Below, in pieces: positions 14,494 to 28,812 of a stretch of DNA of 64,000 nucleotides (its first letter is position 1; the number at the start of each line of letters is the position of its first letter). A program made the position numbers and the translations under genes. Source of the stretch: Kudoa neothunni (taxonomy: Eukaryota; Animalia; Cnidaria); contig OZ199838.1 in NCBI GenBank assembly GCA_964304625.1, positions 5,154,945-5,218,944 of the forward strand, read 5' to 3'. A model generated the notes under the pieces. It did no database searches, was not told the origin of the DNA, and saw only the letters and a list, made by a program, of their open reading frames with translations.

Positions 14494-15102
14494 ATGAATG
14501 ACGCGCGCAACGAGTCTCCGATTTTAGCGCAAACGGACCTGAGAAAAATGAAAGTGAGCTCATATCTGTTTAAAGAACAACGCAAAGGTACTTTTCAGAA
14601 TTGGCCTATATCATCCCCTAGAGCTAAGTGTACCGTTGAAAATGTGATGTTCTCCCCTTGATTCATTAGTTGAAGTTTAAATAGTTAATACAATGCGGTT
14701 TCATTCATCATCCTACAGTGGACAGTCTTGATAACACTATGTGCGTGTTTTGTATGTGCGAAATTGCTGACTGGAATGAAAACGATGATCCAAAGTAATA
14801 GGTTTTTAATGTGTGGTTGATGAGAGTGGCTTTTATGCTGTACAGATTAGAACATTATCGAACTTCGCCATTATGTCCTCTTCTCAATATGCCAAAAGAT
14901 GAGATTGATTGGACTTTAGAGGATGTCATCACCATGCTTTATAAACAGAGTTCTAATAAGCTGGTAATTTAAGCTATTTTCATAATTTTCTATGCCATCG
15001 TAGAGAGCTAGATATGAGGAAATCGAAGCAACGATAGATGGTGAAATTGAAGCAACTAGAAAAACTTTTTTAGCCTACACTAACAAAACTACCCTAAAAT
15101 AA
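14494..15102 (+). CDS. BIRC5: Survivin (single-BIR IAP, chromosomal passenger subunit), 158 aa
   Basis: Exons 14494-14643, 14685-14794, 14846-14963, 15004-15102, all with GT-AG introns. They translate to MNDARNE...RKGTFQNWP...CTVEN|LIQCGFIHHPTVDSLDNTMCVFCMCEIADWNENDDPK|LEHYRTSPLCPLL...|RARYEEIE...: BIR Zn ligands C-x2-C...H...C followed by a C-terminal helix. Confidence 0.9.
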
Positions 15103-15728
15103 CACTCAAAAATCGTTCGCCATTACGTCCATCAATGAATATATATTATATTTTTTTTAATAATAAATGTTGTGTTTATTTGCGTTTTTAGTTTCTTTCA
15201 ATTTAGGAATTTAAGATCAAACTTTGAAAATGTTTATTCGTTAACAAAAATTTAATCCTCCCCGCCTAGTTTTACCTAGAGTTAATAATTTCTAATTCTT
15301 ATCTACTCGCTTAATAGTCAGATAAAATTACGTTCAGTTTGTTCTAAAAAATAAACTGTGTTTGGAATACGCATATGGGAGCCTTTATAGTTAAAAATTC
15401 AAGTGCATGCGTAAGCGCGTTCTTTTATCTGATTTGAGTGGGCCAATAAAAGTAGGTCTAAATATCACTAATAGGGACACATTTTTATTTAAAATAAATA
15501 AACGTTGAATTTTGGGTTACTTCATCAAGAGGATATTGTCACAGCCTTCTTCGTTGTCGATGCACATCCATAAATGGCATTAATTGCATCTAATGTATTC
15601 GAATGTTTGTGCCATACAACGATAGTGACTGATTTTTGCAATTCTGTTCGGGTAGTGTTTGATTTGGGATACGTAAAGTATATGATAACGTCTTATAATT
15701 TACAGCTCATAATTATAAAAACAATATA

Positions 15729-16737
15729 GAGTCGAACCCCGTTTACCCGAAAATGTTAGGACCTGGCATTTTCCTTTCAAATACTGAAATTTCGGGTAAA
15801 CGAAGTTTGCAGGCGCGCATGCGTGGCAGGGGATTTGCAGGTTGGTTACATACTTTATTTTACATTATTCAATGTTTGTTTTATATTTTTAAAGAAAATT
15901 CTACTACATATAAGTTATACTAGTGAATACAATATGAAAACATTAGTTTAAGGCACAATAGTTCTAGATCCAATGTATCCGGCGCACGCGCACTGTGGAT
16001 ATGCGCGACCTTACCACCGCTGCGCCATATTAAAATGATGCATTCTAGATTCTAAAAAATGGACTATTATTATTGTTAATTTTTTTATAATTTCTTTTCT
16101 ATTTGGATATTGTGAGTTGTATTAATAATGATGGTAAGAATAATAAAGTAACAATGAGGAGTATTTTCCCAGAATTCTCCATAACGATATTTAGAATTTC
16201 CTCATTAATTAAAATATGTCATATTCCAACAATTTATTATTGATTAATGATTGTTAAGACTCAATAAGACTTAAAAGTGGAGGTGTTATGAGTAAAAACT
16301 GATGTGTGAACATTGTTGAATTGAGTCGATTCGGTGGATAAATTGATTTTGTGAAGTCAATGCTAGTTTGTGATTAAACATTCCAATAAATTCAATTCTT
16401 ATGTTTTATTACTAATGAAAAGAAAAGATATAGGGGAGTTCGTCTTTACCCGACATTTATTCGTTCATCATGAGCATGGTTGCATTTTGAACATAAAATA
16501 ATATATTATCTACGTTACGCCATTTCTATTAATGAAACATAAACTTAAATTGAATAAATAACGAGCATATGTATCAAAAATACAAATGCAGATGCCATTT
16601 TTACCTGCAAATTCTAGCAAAAAGTTGTTTTGGATTGCGGTTGCTGGAATTTCGGTTTAACGAAATTTTTTTATTTAGAATCTACATCATTTTCAAATAA
16701 ATATTAAAAAATCATTCGGATAAACGGGGTTCGACTG
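15729..16737. mobile_element. Non-autonomous pogo/Tigger-like (Tc1/mariner superfamily) element
   Basis: TIRs gagtcgaaccccgtttacccga / tcggataaacggggttcgactg, flanked by TA on both sides; no transposase ORF. Confidence 0.8.
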
Positions 16738-17589
16738 TAAAATAATCAATGTTTTTCGGGTTCTTAAATTATGTATTTATTTAACAAACTATTTGGAAAC
16801 ATTTAATTAAATTTATCAACCTTCAAGGAAAGGTTGAGGGGTATTCGTAACTCCGTTTCAGATAATCTCTCATTTGCATTAGTAATCCTAATTGATTTTT
16901 AATTAATAGCCCTTGAAAATTTTGCAGGAAGATTAAAGTCTTTATTTTTGAACTTAGATAACAGCTTTCGTTCCCAAATTGTTTAAAGTTTTAGTGTTCT
17001 CTACACACAATGATAATTTCTTCTTAAACATCCGTGATATTTTTGTAATTTTACCGTAAAATAATAATTAAAAATTTGTTTATCGAATTATATTTATATT
17101 TTGAAATTATAGAAAAGAGTATGTGTGGATCAGAAAAATTTCGATAGTTCTAATTGGGCCTGCCTCATTTTTCATATATTTTTACCTTCCAAAGATTATT
17201 CGATATAACTAAGTAATTTTTAAGTTATTAGTTATGCGATTAATGAACCGTTTAAATTTTATAATTTAACTCCTTTTAATAGGTTTTCGTAAAATCAAAT
17301 AAAATATTTTCTACTAATCTAATACTATTGACTATAAATATAAAAATTCCCTTAAAGTTTATAATTTATCCATTAATGGCTAACTAAAATTAAACAATAT
17401 ATCTTGATTATCTCATAATATATATAAAATAAAAAATTGTCATCATTCTAAATACCTCATATAATTATTAATTTCCTCCCTTCGGATCTAGATTCACATG
17501 CCGACCTCAATTCGCAAAATTGTGCACATAAAACATTAAAAATAGCCCGACTATTGGCATGATAACATTTATTCCAACAACGACACGAA

Positions 17590-17780
17590 CACATGCGCAC
17601 TGGAAATTTTTATTTCAGCAACTCTTACTTACAGGCTGTTTACAGATTTAATTTTATTGAATCTACTATAGTTAATTATTTCCGATCCACTGCTCCTCTC
17701 TTAGAGGCCATAAATGATTAAATGTTGTCAAAACTAGTGCTGCCCGAAATTTAGTTACCATGACAACAATCGCTTCCTTA
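17590..17780 (+). repeat. Dispersed repeat copy A (second copy at ~47758-47950)
   Basis: Colinear similarity to the second copy, e.g. tgtttacagatttaatt/tgtttatagatttaatt, tcttagaggcca in both, tcaaaactagtg in both. Confidence 0.7.
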
Positions 17781-17925
17781 TTTGTTTATAACATCAGTTA
17801 TGATAGACACATGCATGCAAATAAATAGGAATTAAAATTCATTGTGACAAGTTAGGTATATTAGATAAGAGGCGGTTTGCAAAAAAGTAGGATATATCTA
17901 TATTCACAAAATCTATAGATCTATA

Positions 17926-19943
17926 CTAAAGGTTTGGATTTTTATGATTTTTGTAGTTTTTCCGATTGTAGAGATTTGATGAGTTATTACTAAGGTTGAT
18001 AAGTGACTTTGCTTTAGATTCGTCCGGCATTTCTTCAGCCAATTTGGGGAGTATTTTATTAAATTCGTCAATACCAACAATATCTACTGCTTTTACACGG
18101 AATTCAGCCGCTGGTAATTGCCCCCTGGCAAAATTGGCACAAATTTGCATAAAATTAGCCAAGGTCAGATCGTTATTTTTGCAGGCAGATTGCACCATTT
18201 GGTAGAGATTAGAACGGCTTATATTAGTGGGTTGTTCAACTGTATTTCCATCTGAGTTCTGACCTTGTGAGTTGGATGTAGAAACAGAACCAAACGATTG
18301 ATTATTGGGAGATGGGGATTCATTTAACTCAATCTCAGGTGAAGTTGCAGCGACATATGTATGTGTGTAGGATGACTTAGATTTCTTTTTCTTTTTACTA
18401 CGATTTTTATTATTTTCGGTAGTTACATCTAGATTTTTAATTCCAAGCGAATAAGCAAGCGCATTTTTTGGAGGTGTATTAATCGAGAGAGGTTGATATT
18501 GAGGTTTCTTTTTATGTGATAATTTGGGAGCTCTATCCCATATAATAGACTCTCCCGGAAATTTCTGACCATTCGAAATTGGGAATGATGGAAAATCTTC
18601 CTGCATCCTTTCTGTTTGATGAGGCCGATCACCATTTATCAATGGACTATTGACGATAGAGGGCACATTATCTATACAACCAATCAACTTAAAACACATT
18701 TACAATGTTTGAATTACTTCTCATTACCGCAGTTACGTTTGATACATTATTTTGAGCTGTGCTAGAAGGTGGGAGGACAGGAAACTCAGTATTAGTAGAA
18801 GGTTCAATAGTTGGGTAAACAGATCTTGAATGGGCAGTGTTATTTGGGATTCTGGCAAATCGTGCCGCAGGCAAATCAGCTTCAATTCGCCTTGACAAAG
18901 GATTCAAATGCGGAAAATTATCATCATTCAAAATAAGTGAACGTTGATGTGACGCTTCATCTTCAGCTATTCTCATCTCGTTCACAATATCAATAATATT
19001 TCTGCGGTTATCCCGAGTGGCGTTAGGAGAATTGGTTGTCCGATTGCGGCGAGATTGGGTCGTTGACTCATCGCCATCGACGGCGTTTGGTTGAGAGAAT
19101 TGCATGAGATCTTCGCTCGAAAAGTCCAACAATCTCTTACGTTGTTCTTTACTAAACAAAGACGTGTGCTGTTGAACTAGATGACGATGGTATTCGATTT
19201 TACTGGCAAAAACTGTCAGACCGAACCTTGCACATTCCCCATACTCACAAAGAAAATGGTAATTTTTAAAGTGTTCTGAAAGATCATTGTGTGTATTGAA
19301 TACGCTGACCTTGTTGGTCCGGTCACAAACATCGCATTGAAAATGACAGGTTTTACGATGAGAACGTAACACAGTTTCATTAAGTACATATTTATCACAT
19401 AGTACACATTTAGGATGAATTTTAAGGTGCACCAATAGATCACATGCTTTATACAGCTCATAATCTTTGGGAAGTTTTTTCAAATACTCCACACACACAT
19501 AACAAAATCGTAGCTTGTGAACATCTTGATGATGCTTGCTCATCGTATGAACACTGTCAAATATGACTTTGCATTGTGTGCATTGAGGAGCTCGTATAGC
19601 GGTTGCCGCATCAATATTTTGTCGATTACCATACATATTTATATCTGTAATTCTAAAAAATGCATTGCTTGAGGGTTTAAACATATTCTCTTTCAGTGCA
19701 TCTTCGCTTTCATACTCAGGAAACGGATGTCTGCTCAATACGACCTTGAAAAACTCTCGTTAGAACAATCCAATCATAAAAATCTACCCAGGGAAGTTCA
19801 TCTCGACAAATAGGACATTTGAAATCACCCACTATACCTCGTAACGTCCAACAGCACGACACACACATGAAATGACTACAACTAGAGTAAGCAACAAGAT
19901 CAAAATCTTCTAGACAAATGCTGCATGTTTGCTTTAAAATCAT
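17926..19943 (-). CDS. ZNF598: RING/C2H2 E3 ligase ZNF598/Hel2 (ribosome-collision sensor)
   Basis: N-terminal RING (CSIC...CSHFMCVSC...CPICR), tandem C2H2 fingers (HFLCEYGEC...HRHLVQQH) and a C-terminal helical domain resembling that of ZNF598. Introns 19745-19787 and 18672-18717 join the three ORFs in frame; probable 5'UTR intron at ~19977-20019. Confidence 0.85.
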
Positions 19944-20469
19944 GGCGTTTTCTGTTCAGGATTATAGAGCTTGCACCTGTAACAAAAACGAACACAAATA
20001 TAACTACTTGAATTCATACGAAAAATGGCGTCTTCGTACGAATTACCCCTCAAAAGTAATGAATAGCGTATATATTGCTTGGATTTATTTGAAATAATCC
20101 ATGGTTATCTGAAATTTAAATCATTTATTTATTTTACCATTCTCTTCCAGCTACATTAATATTTTGTGCCGTTTGCATGCATATAAGCTTCAGTTAATAA
20201 ACGTCCTCTTAGCCGGAGCAAATTTAATCCCATGTGTGATAGTTTTTATCATAGTTACCTGTATATTGTCCATTGTTACTACAGTAATGATTTTGAATGA
20301 TTGATTTTGTCAGAATCTAAAATATAAACTACTTGTATCACTTATTAAAGGAGAGTTGTTAGGAATATAGGTAAATATCATGTGTGAACATGATATTTAG
20401 GACAGCATTTCACTCAGTTGAGGATGCGATAATCCGCCACGATGAATACAGAGACAATTTGTACCCTAA

Positions 20470-22175
20470 CCCTCCAAGCATTTTTGGGATCTAAATGGGC
20501 CCTAGGCCGACTTTAATCGCAATTCACTGCTCACTGGAAACGTTAAATTGGCTGGATCCAATCATTATTCTTTTAAAAGTTTTTATACATTCATAAATTA
20601 ATTTTAAAATTAGGATTTTATATCAAATGCTTACGCAAGCAGTTTTGGAGTCCAGGAGGAACCTACGTTTTTATTTCGCAAAAACATTTATAAAATTATA
20701 AAAAATGAAATATTTTAATCCCTAAAGATTATATTCGTTAAATATTCAGAAAAATAAAGGTTAATGTTTCCGATATTGATCGAGCGATACCGGCTGTTAC
20801 CGGCCGCTAGAAATGGAATAGTTATGTGATGGTTTTCTAACAAGTTATGATTCTGATTGTGGTGAAATTAAAGTTTTTATTGAAGAATGTTTCTCTTCAT
20901 CTCGTTGTGATAGTTCAGATGATTGTGGCGCCACTATCACGTATGGGGATAATAACAATGTGTTATGGTCTTCAGTTGTGTCTTCAAACACAAAAATCAA
21001 GAAAAAAACATCTTAAAAAACCTCTAGGCCTGATTGCATTTGTAACAGCCGAATTTACAATGTACAGAACAGTTTTTCTATTTTTTTGATGATGAGTTTT
21101 TCAATTCTGTCATTACTCACAATAACAAATTTGGTGCTTTCATTACGGGTGATAATGAAAAATCTAAGTACAGTGAAATATAAACCATGCATAGGAATTC
21201 TTAAATATATGTCAATCTTTAAATATAAAATGGAGTCTCTTAAGCAATTGTAGAGCTTGAATAAAGGACATCATATATTTCGTAGAATTATGCTGCTTCA
21301 TAGATTCATCAAAATAAACGGAAGTGTTCATTTTAATGACTGCGAGACAAGGGTTTACGGTGAGAGGTCGAAAAGTTTTTCCCGGTAACCGAAGTTTTCA
21401 ATAGTTGGAAAAATATTTTGCAGATGTGTCTAATTCCCTCTGCTCATCTTATAGTTGATGAACAATTAGTTTCATTGAGGGTCGGGTGTCCCCTTACGCG
21501 GTGTATTCCCCCAAACTTGCGGTTTTGGCATTAAATTTGTCTCATTAATTCTTAAAACCAAGGGATAGAGGTAGTTCATTAGTTCGATTTTCATTAAAAG
21601 GACAACGCGGTCATTTTATTGGCGACGTCCCCAAACAATGTTAATTTATGCCGTGATCAAATAAAAATCCCCAAGTTACCGTCGATTATAACTAAACTAA
21701 GGTTGTGTTGATACAGTAGATAATATTCCGTCCACGGTGAAGAAAGGTGTATTTTATGCGCTCGATTCTCTGATATAAAAATAAAGAACAAATGTTATTA
21801 TTGCTCCGAATATCGTCGCAACAAACATTCGAGAATTATTTGTTAGAAACGGAAACAAAAAATGACCAGTAAAATTTATTTAGTTACATATTATATTTTT
21901 AATTAATAATATTTTAGACTTTTTAGCTTGGTTAAAATATAATTTAATTAATATTTAAACATGTAAAATTAATAAATACCTGTTCAGGGAATATCGACTG
22001 TCATCGGCACACAAGTAAATTATGATTATTTCGATATCGCTCCAGTAAAAAACTTTTTTTAAAAAATATAATCATATTTCATAATATTGTGGACCAAAGT
22101 AAGCAATAAAAATCTGGGGTCCTCCTGGGCCCCAAAATTGTTTGGTGTATAGTCGTTTTGGGCATGCTTGGAGGG
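20470..22175 (+). mobile_element. Decayed piggyBac element (PB1)
   Basis: 12-bp TIR CCCTCCAAGCAT, flanked by CTAA (left) and TTAA (right). Internal transposase relics (IVDEQLVS..., DYN*TK..VDTVD) are broken by stops and frameshifts. Confidence 0.85.
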
Positions 22176-22384
22176 TTAATACATATTCTGTAAATGTTTC
22201 TTTTCTATTATTTGAAAATATCATGGGAATGAAATTAATTTTCTTAACCATTTACCATCTTTGAGATCAAGTTGGCCTCAAAAGGAGAAATAAAAGTTGC
22301 TTTTCAGGTGATCAGAGAGCTAATTGTTTATTGATACATTTGTGAGTAATTTACGTTTAATCAAATTAAATTACTCACAAAATA

Positions 22385-22743
22385 CAGTGCAACCTCGGAG
22401 TTTGATCAAAAATTTTGATTCAGAAACGTTTTGGAGTTCGAACGTATATTGGAAGAGTATTCAGAATAAATCCAGTTGGAGTGAAAGACAGAGAAGAAAA
22501 GTAATTCTATTAATGGAGTGGCTCAATCAAATTATGCGAACATCATCGAAAAAGGAACTTTTAAAATCTATCGTATGACAACCAAAAAATATTTATCCTA
22601 TTTTTTATTTTTATTTTTATTATTATATTTAATATTTATTTGTTATATTTTATAAACGCAAGGTATGCCTGTTTTCCATAAATAAGAATAGTCATTTATT
22701 TGAGCGCGGTAACGGATTATGGTCGAAGTCCGAGGTTGCATTG
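22385..22743. mobile_element. Tigger/pogo-like MITE
   Basis: TIRs cagtgcaacctcgga / tccgaggttgcattg, with TA on both flanks. Confidence 0.75.
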
Positions 22744-23316
22744 TATTAGCTAAATTAAAATAAATGATCTCCGAAGTATGTGCAATAACATTATTTGGCT
22801 TATATGAATAAATTACAAAGTAAAAAGTTCTAAGAAACAATTCGATTAAACTTTTAAATTAACATTTATTTAAATTACAAATTAATAAAGGGAAAAATTT
22901 GTCGTACAACCGGATGTATAATAATTCATAAAATTATTCTAGTAGAAATAAGTCATATATTGATTTTTAAGTTCCAATTTTTCCCTGGCTACTATAACTT
23001 AGCTCCAAAAATTAACTCTAAAAACCGCTTTGTTATTCAAAAAGAATGCTGTGGCCAGTTGTACTTCACAGGGAGTGACAAATTGATATGTGAATAAATT
23101 TGTAAGCGCTAATGATAAATGCCCTTAAAAACATTCATTGTAAAAAAATAATTAATTATATTGGTCTTTTTTAGTGAGTTGAATACAAAAAAATTGTGGT
23201 AGCACAACAACAAAAAGAATAATATATTTAAACATTGATAACGTTGGACTGTTAGTAACAGCTAATGAGGTAGTAGGCACATTGGGAATTTCGTACAACA
23301 ACATTCAAAGGTTGGA

Positions 23317-24206
23317 CTATGAAGCTACAAGGGTCAACTCTCGTTGTACTTGGTCAACATTTACAATCTTAACCAACAATTCTGGAATTGACACGATAAA
23401 ACGTTTTTTAAGCTAAATGTTTACAAAACTCATTAAGATTACATAAAAATTATGCTAACCTCGTTCAGTAACATTTGCATCAATTGAATAGCTTCATCTT
23501 CTGTCATATCTAAACAAAAGAACCACTTAGACCAACAAATAACCACTACAACAGTTACCCTCTCTGTAGTATCTATCTAGGATACTGAGGCAAAAGTAGG
23601 AACCATAACCATGGCAACCAAACGGAATCTAAATTATAATAGCAATTAGATTCGAATCAAAACACCAACACTCTACCTCCACTTTCGATCCCAAATAATC
23701 CAAAAAATAGAGTTGGGTTTGTTTGGTTTGTTCATCGAATCCACCAATCAACGCATGTATTGGAAAGGGGCCACTCTACAATCGATAAGTTGATATAGAC
23801 ACGACAAAAACCGCAGCTAATGTACTCTCGATCTGATGGCTTGAGCAAGTGAAGCTCTAGCAAATGATGCAACTGCATGTGGCGACATATAATAGCCTGT
23901 GAGAGAATATCAACGTCAAATAATCCAAGACATCACCAATCAACTTACCATTTCTATAAAAATACAAGTCGAAATTCTTCTGTATGAAATCACTGAACTC
24001 AATATCACCACCCGATTCACCAGATACATTCATCAATTGATTCTCACCAAGTTTATATATACGATCAGTATCTATAGCAAATAGCATAGGTTCATAATCA
24101 TTTTGGTTGATTTACCGTCTTTCATCTTGATGATATTGCTATTGCAATTTTTATCAGAGGCCATAATGACGAAGCTCTTGGTCCTAAAACCTACGATATA
24201 CTCCAT
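23317..24206 (-). CDS. PSMB2: 20S proteasome subunit beta type-2 (beta4)
   Basis: Seven exons (introns 24072-24115, 23897-23948, 23776-23825, 23629-23676, 23510-23558, 23413-23459) give MEYIVGFRTKSFVIMASD...GESGGDIEFSDFIQKN...LYFLDYLGS...HGYGSYFCLSILDRYY...ELKKRFIV. Confidence 0.93.
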
Positions 24207-27200
24207 TGTGTTGCTGTGATGCGTACGCCTATGCGATAAATACTCAAACTATGGATGTTGTGACGCTAGTTTTGATTTGGTTTTGGCTAGAAAATTATAT
24301 ATAAAATATGTTATGACGAAGAAATATAAGTTTGGGGACAGATAAATAATATTTGTTTAAATTGAGATTATATGTAGTATCATGGCATTAAATTGAAGTA
24401 CAAATTGTAATTTACTTAGTTGTGACCCTTCAAATTTAAACAGATGTTTTCCCATAATTAAATATTCATAGGAAAAGAAAATGCGTGTGTAAATTTTATA
24501 ATGATGCATTCAAATAATATAAAGTTCTATTTAAAGGTAATATATAAGTGGCTATATTTTAAAAGTATTCTCCAATAGAATGTAGGGTTTTTTATCCGTA
24601 GCGTTTTTATATTTATTTTTATAAAAATTTAAAGATAATTTAATTTTTTAATTCTTTATCTCAAGTATTCATGAGTAGGACTATGAAATTATATCTTATG
24701 AGAATATATTAATTTCAACGAATTTTTTCAAAATATTTATTCTGCCTGTCCATAACTTAATATTGCGTAAAACCTTTTAAGTTCATAATTTTTTCTTAGT
24801 TCCAAAAATTACTCAATATCGAATCTCAACTGTAATTCAGAAGATTTTTAGTGGGACTCCAGTCACACGACAGAATTATTAGAGAATTTTCAATTAAAAA
24901 TATTCAATTGTTGAAAAATTTACGTTAAGCTGAATACAAGAAGGCTGTACAATTCGAAAGGTTCAAAATATAATAATATGGAGTCATTATTTAGATGTAA
25001 ACGGAGAGAAAATGATATTTTACATAAATTTTGTGTATATTATTGTCAACTAATATGCTTGTTTAATGAATTTAAAAAATTGAATGCGTTTTTTATGATT
25101 TTTCATTTAATGAAATTTTCCTTATATCTAAATATAACATATTTCACGTTTAGCAAAAGAACAATCTAAAAATGGTAATATTCCGCCGAATATTCAGGTC
25201 GTAGTGTCTTGTTACAGATTTTTCAATTTTATGGAAAATATTTTTTATATATTTGACGATTTTCCGGATAATGGGTATTGCAAAAATTTTTCATTGATTG
25301 TTTATTTTATCTTCTGTATAATTATCAACCTTACGTCTCGTTTAAATCCTTTGTTGCATTGTTTGTTTGAAATTCTAATAATTTTAAATGAGACAAAATT
25401 TTGGCTAGAATCAACTCGCGATCAGTTCTCGTATTATTAAATGAATGTTCTATATCTAAAGCACGATGAAGACCTGCTAAATCCCAATTATAGGGCTTCT
25501 TTGGGTAACTCCTGTAACGGGTGGCATCACTAACTTTATCAACTTTCTCATACCAGATTACATGCAGGTAGGCGTTTACGTTTAAACTACTTAAAATATA
25601 AGAAACTAATTTTTGTTTGAAAAAATACGCTTACTCAGGACGAATCGTCAAAATACAACTTATTGTTATTCATTCTTACTCGATGAGAAAATTTGAATAA
25701 ATTATGTTCTTTCATTAAATCCAAAATTTAAGGCCATGCCAAAGAATATTGCAGTTACGTTAATCGTAATCGTATTGTAACGGAAATATCTTGAGAGTAT
25801 TATTCCCTCAATAAATTTGTTTGACGACCAAATATTTGATCAAACATGCGGAAAGTTGAAGAAAAATTATTTTTTTATTTAATTAAATAACACCATTTTT
25901 ATAATTTTATGAAAAAGTCTAATTTTTATTGTATAAAATTTGCTCGAAACAATGATTCAATTTTTAAAACTCCTTTTTTTAACTTTAAAAATTTTATCAC
26001 TTGTCGAAATATTCTTATCCTGAATACTTCGCTTTGTCTTATGTTTGGGGAAATACAACAATAAATAATAAATACAATGGAGTGACTGCCATTTTATGGA
26101 TGTGACATTGTTGGAAACTTAGACTGCAACAATTCTTCGTGGTTTCTATTTTAGTTGAACTGTTATATTATCAACGGTGAAATGATAACACCACATTACA
26201 AAAATTTATCTATTTTTTAATTGATGTGATTCCCGCCAAAAATAACAATAAAATTATTTTGAGAATGTCGAGTTATTATTTTTGTAAATAAATATATTTT
26301 CTATTGAGATAAACGTATTCAAATTTTAATTAATTACCAGTATCTAAAAGGAATGTCTGTTTATTTTAATTAATGCTAGGAAAAGAAGACCAATGGAGTA
26401 TATTGAAAGGTTATACGTTGAATAAAAATCTCCGTTTCGAATTCTATAATTTCAGAGTTTCATCTTACGTTTTCTGGTCATTCTATCCTTTTTCACTGCA
26501 ATATTATTACACCGTATAAGCCAAGCCACCGTTAATTCTCATATTAAATCAAGGGATCCAAAGTTTGGGTTTATCCTATCCTCCCTGCGCTCTTTGGGTT
26601 TGTTTTGATTTTACATAAAACCTTGGCTCTTTTCATATACTAACAAAACATGGATTTTATTAAATAACAATAATAGTTTAGACTATATGCGTTACTTATT
26701 CTTTATAATTAACGCAACACATTAAACACGTATTATGTAAATATTGAACATTTATTACTCGGAAGAAATAGGTTGTCCTTAGAAACATTTCAGAATGTTA
26801 CTTTGTCGCCCATTTGCTGTTACAATGTTTTGGTAATATTTTGAAATTAAGCTTAACGTCCAAATAAAAATACTGACATCGAGCCAAATATCAGGTGTTG
26901 AACATCGACTCTAATGCTAGTTATTTAACATTACTTAACCAAATTTATTTCGAAGGATATGGATTTGCGTACAAAATGACACCTGCGAACCTACCAACAC
27001 GGAAAAAGGATTCAAAAGTACCTGCTTCAGACTGTTTATTGATTTAAGTGATAAGATAAAAAAAGAGAATTTATATGAATTATAATAGTATGTTTATAAG
27101 GTTAATCTTGTCATATTTGAAAATATCTCAAGATGTGAACCTTTCTCTTCTGGCCCTTATATCATCGACTTACTAATTTACGGATTTCGAGCCAGAAAAC

Positions 27201-28560
27201 TTAAACTAGGCAGATGATTAATGCCTACAAAATTTCTAATACCGCAAGAAAGTAGTTCTAAGTATTGGCTCAAGTTGAGAGAAATGTAAGAGAACTTTTA
27301 TACGACAAAATTTCATATCAGATTGTATGTAAAACCTAATTAATTCGTTGCATTTTTCTGTAAATCTACTATGAGTTTTCTCTTAAGTGAACGCAATTAA
27401 AACAAAATTATCTAAATCATAGAAAGTAGAAACTACAAATTGTAAAATGTTCGCGAAGCAATTGATTAAACGAAATAATTATGCATTTTTCTCTTGATAA
27501 CCAACGAGCTAATTTATCTACGTGGCGAATAATGATATTATGAGCTAACAATGTATTTCACAATTAGAAACCAATCCTAACTCAACCCACACAAAACTTT
27601 AAGAAGAATGTAAAAATGACTTAATAGGTAATATAAAACACGAACAAAACTATAATTCCGTTAATTCAATAAAAATGTAGCGGTTGTTTTAAATATTAAT
27701 GATTTCAATCAAATATCGGCATTTTTAGCCAACCAAACATGAGTTTTTATGAAAAAGATCACCCAACACCACACGCTAGGTTGGAGATGCGCATGCACTC
27801 ATATTATTAGAGAAATCCTCCGTTGAGGATATTATGAAGTATTTAAAATCCACGCTACAATCAAGGGAAGACAATTAGCTACTGCAATTTAATGTATGGG
27901 CTCAAAACAAAAAAATGATTGGTCCATCAATTAAAACGAATTTGAAATATAAATATTGCTTAATACATCCATTGCTAAACGCTTAAATGAAGAATATATT
28001 AAGAAATTGATGTAGGCGCCAACGGAATTGACACACAACAAAAATTTACTCACGTACACCAATTGAAAAAATCAAATTTAGGCTTAATCAAAACTAGCAC
28101 ACGAACAAGTCACGATTTTAACAGCTGTCACGAGTCTCTAGACTTCGTCGGCAAAAATTTTTGATTATTACTCACCAGCTTGTTTGCTAAAAATGCATGA
28201 TAAAATAATCCTCAAATCGCCCAGGAATTCTTTTGACATTCTTTTTATTAATTAGTGCCAAAACTAATCTGCCCACTTGCATGCCTTCCCATGCCGATAT
28301 CTTTCGGTAAATCAGTATTTGTTCGTTGTGTCATCTAAATTAAAACATAATTTAATTTATGTAAGTAAGATTACAGCAGATGGTAAAATGAATTAAACCA
28401 AAGAGTTTCTAAAGCTAATATTCACCATTCATTCGATTTTATGAATAAAAAGCTTATTATTTTGAGTCGGAATAATTTATATTATTTGCTAAATTAAATT
28501 ATTAAATCAATTAAATGTTTAAAAATCTTGGAGACGTTAATTTTGGTCGAATACAACATA

Positions 28561-28788
28561 TTTGGCGCAGGCGTCATTCTTTATATCAGAGTGATATTTT
28601 CTAAACTAATCGTAAATTTTCAGTTTCTTTAGCACTGCATATATTAAAATATTTTTCTCAAACTTTCGTTATCAATATTTTACATTAATATCGCAATTTT
28701 TTGCGGCAAGCTTTAAGTTTGCCGCCCACGTTATAGGAATATTTATTTTCCCGCACCCTCGCTTATTTTGGTAATCTGATTTTGGCGT
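28561..28788 (+). promoter_or_regulatory. Cluster of E2F-type sites upstream of RRM1
   Basis: TTTGGCGC (28561), TTTGCCGC (28718) and TTTCCCGC (28747) match TTTSSCGC; near-match TTTGGCGT (28781). All lie within ~250 bp of the ATG. Confidence 0.6.
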
Positions 28789-28812
28789 CACCGCCCATTC
28801 TAAGCTGATATA

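Noticed and set aside
18672-19787. Programmed frameshifting suggested by overlapping ORFs in ZNF598 (also the UBR5 3' end and POLRMT)
   Set aside because: Each overlap is fully explained by a short canonical intron.
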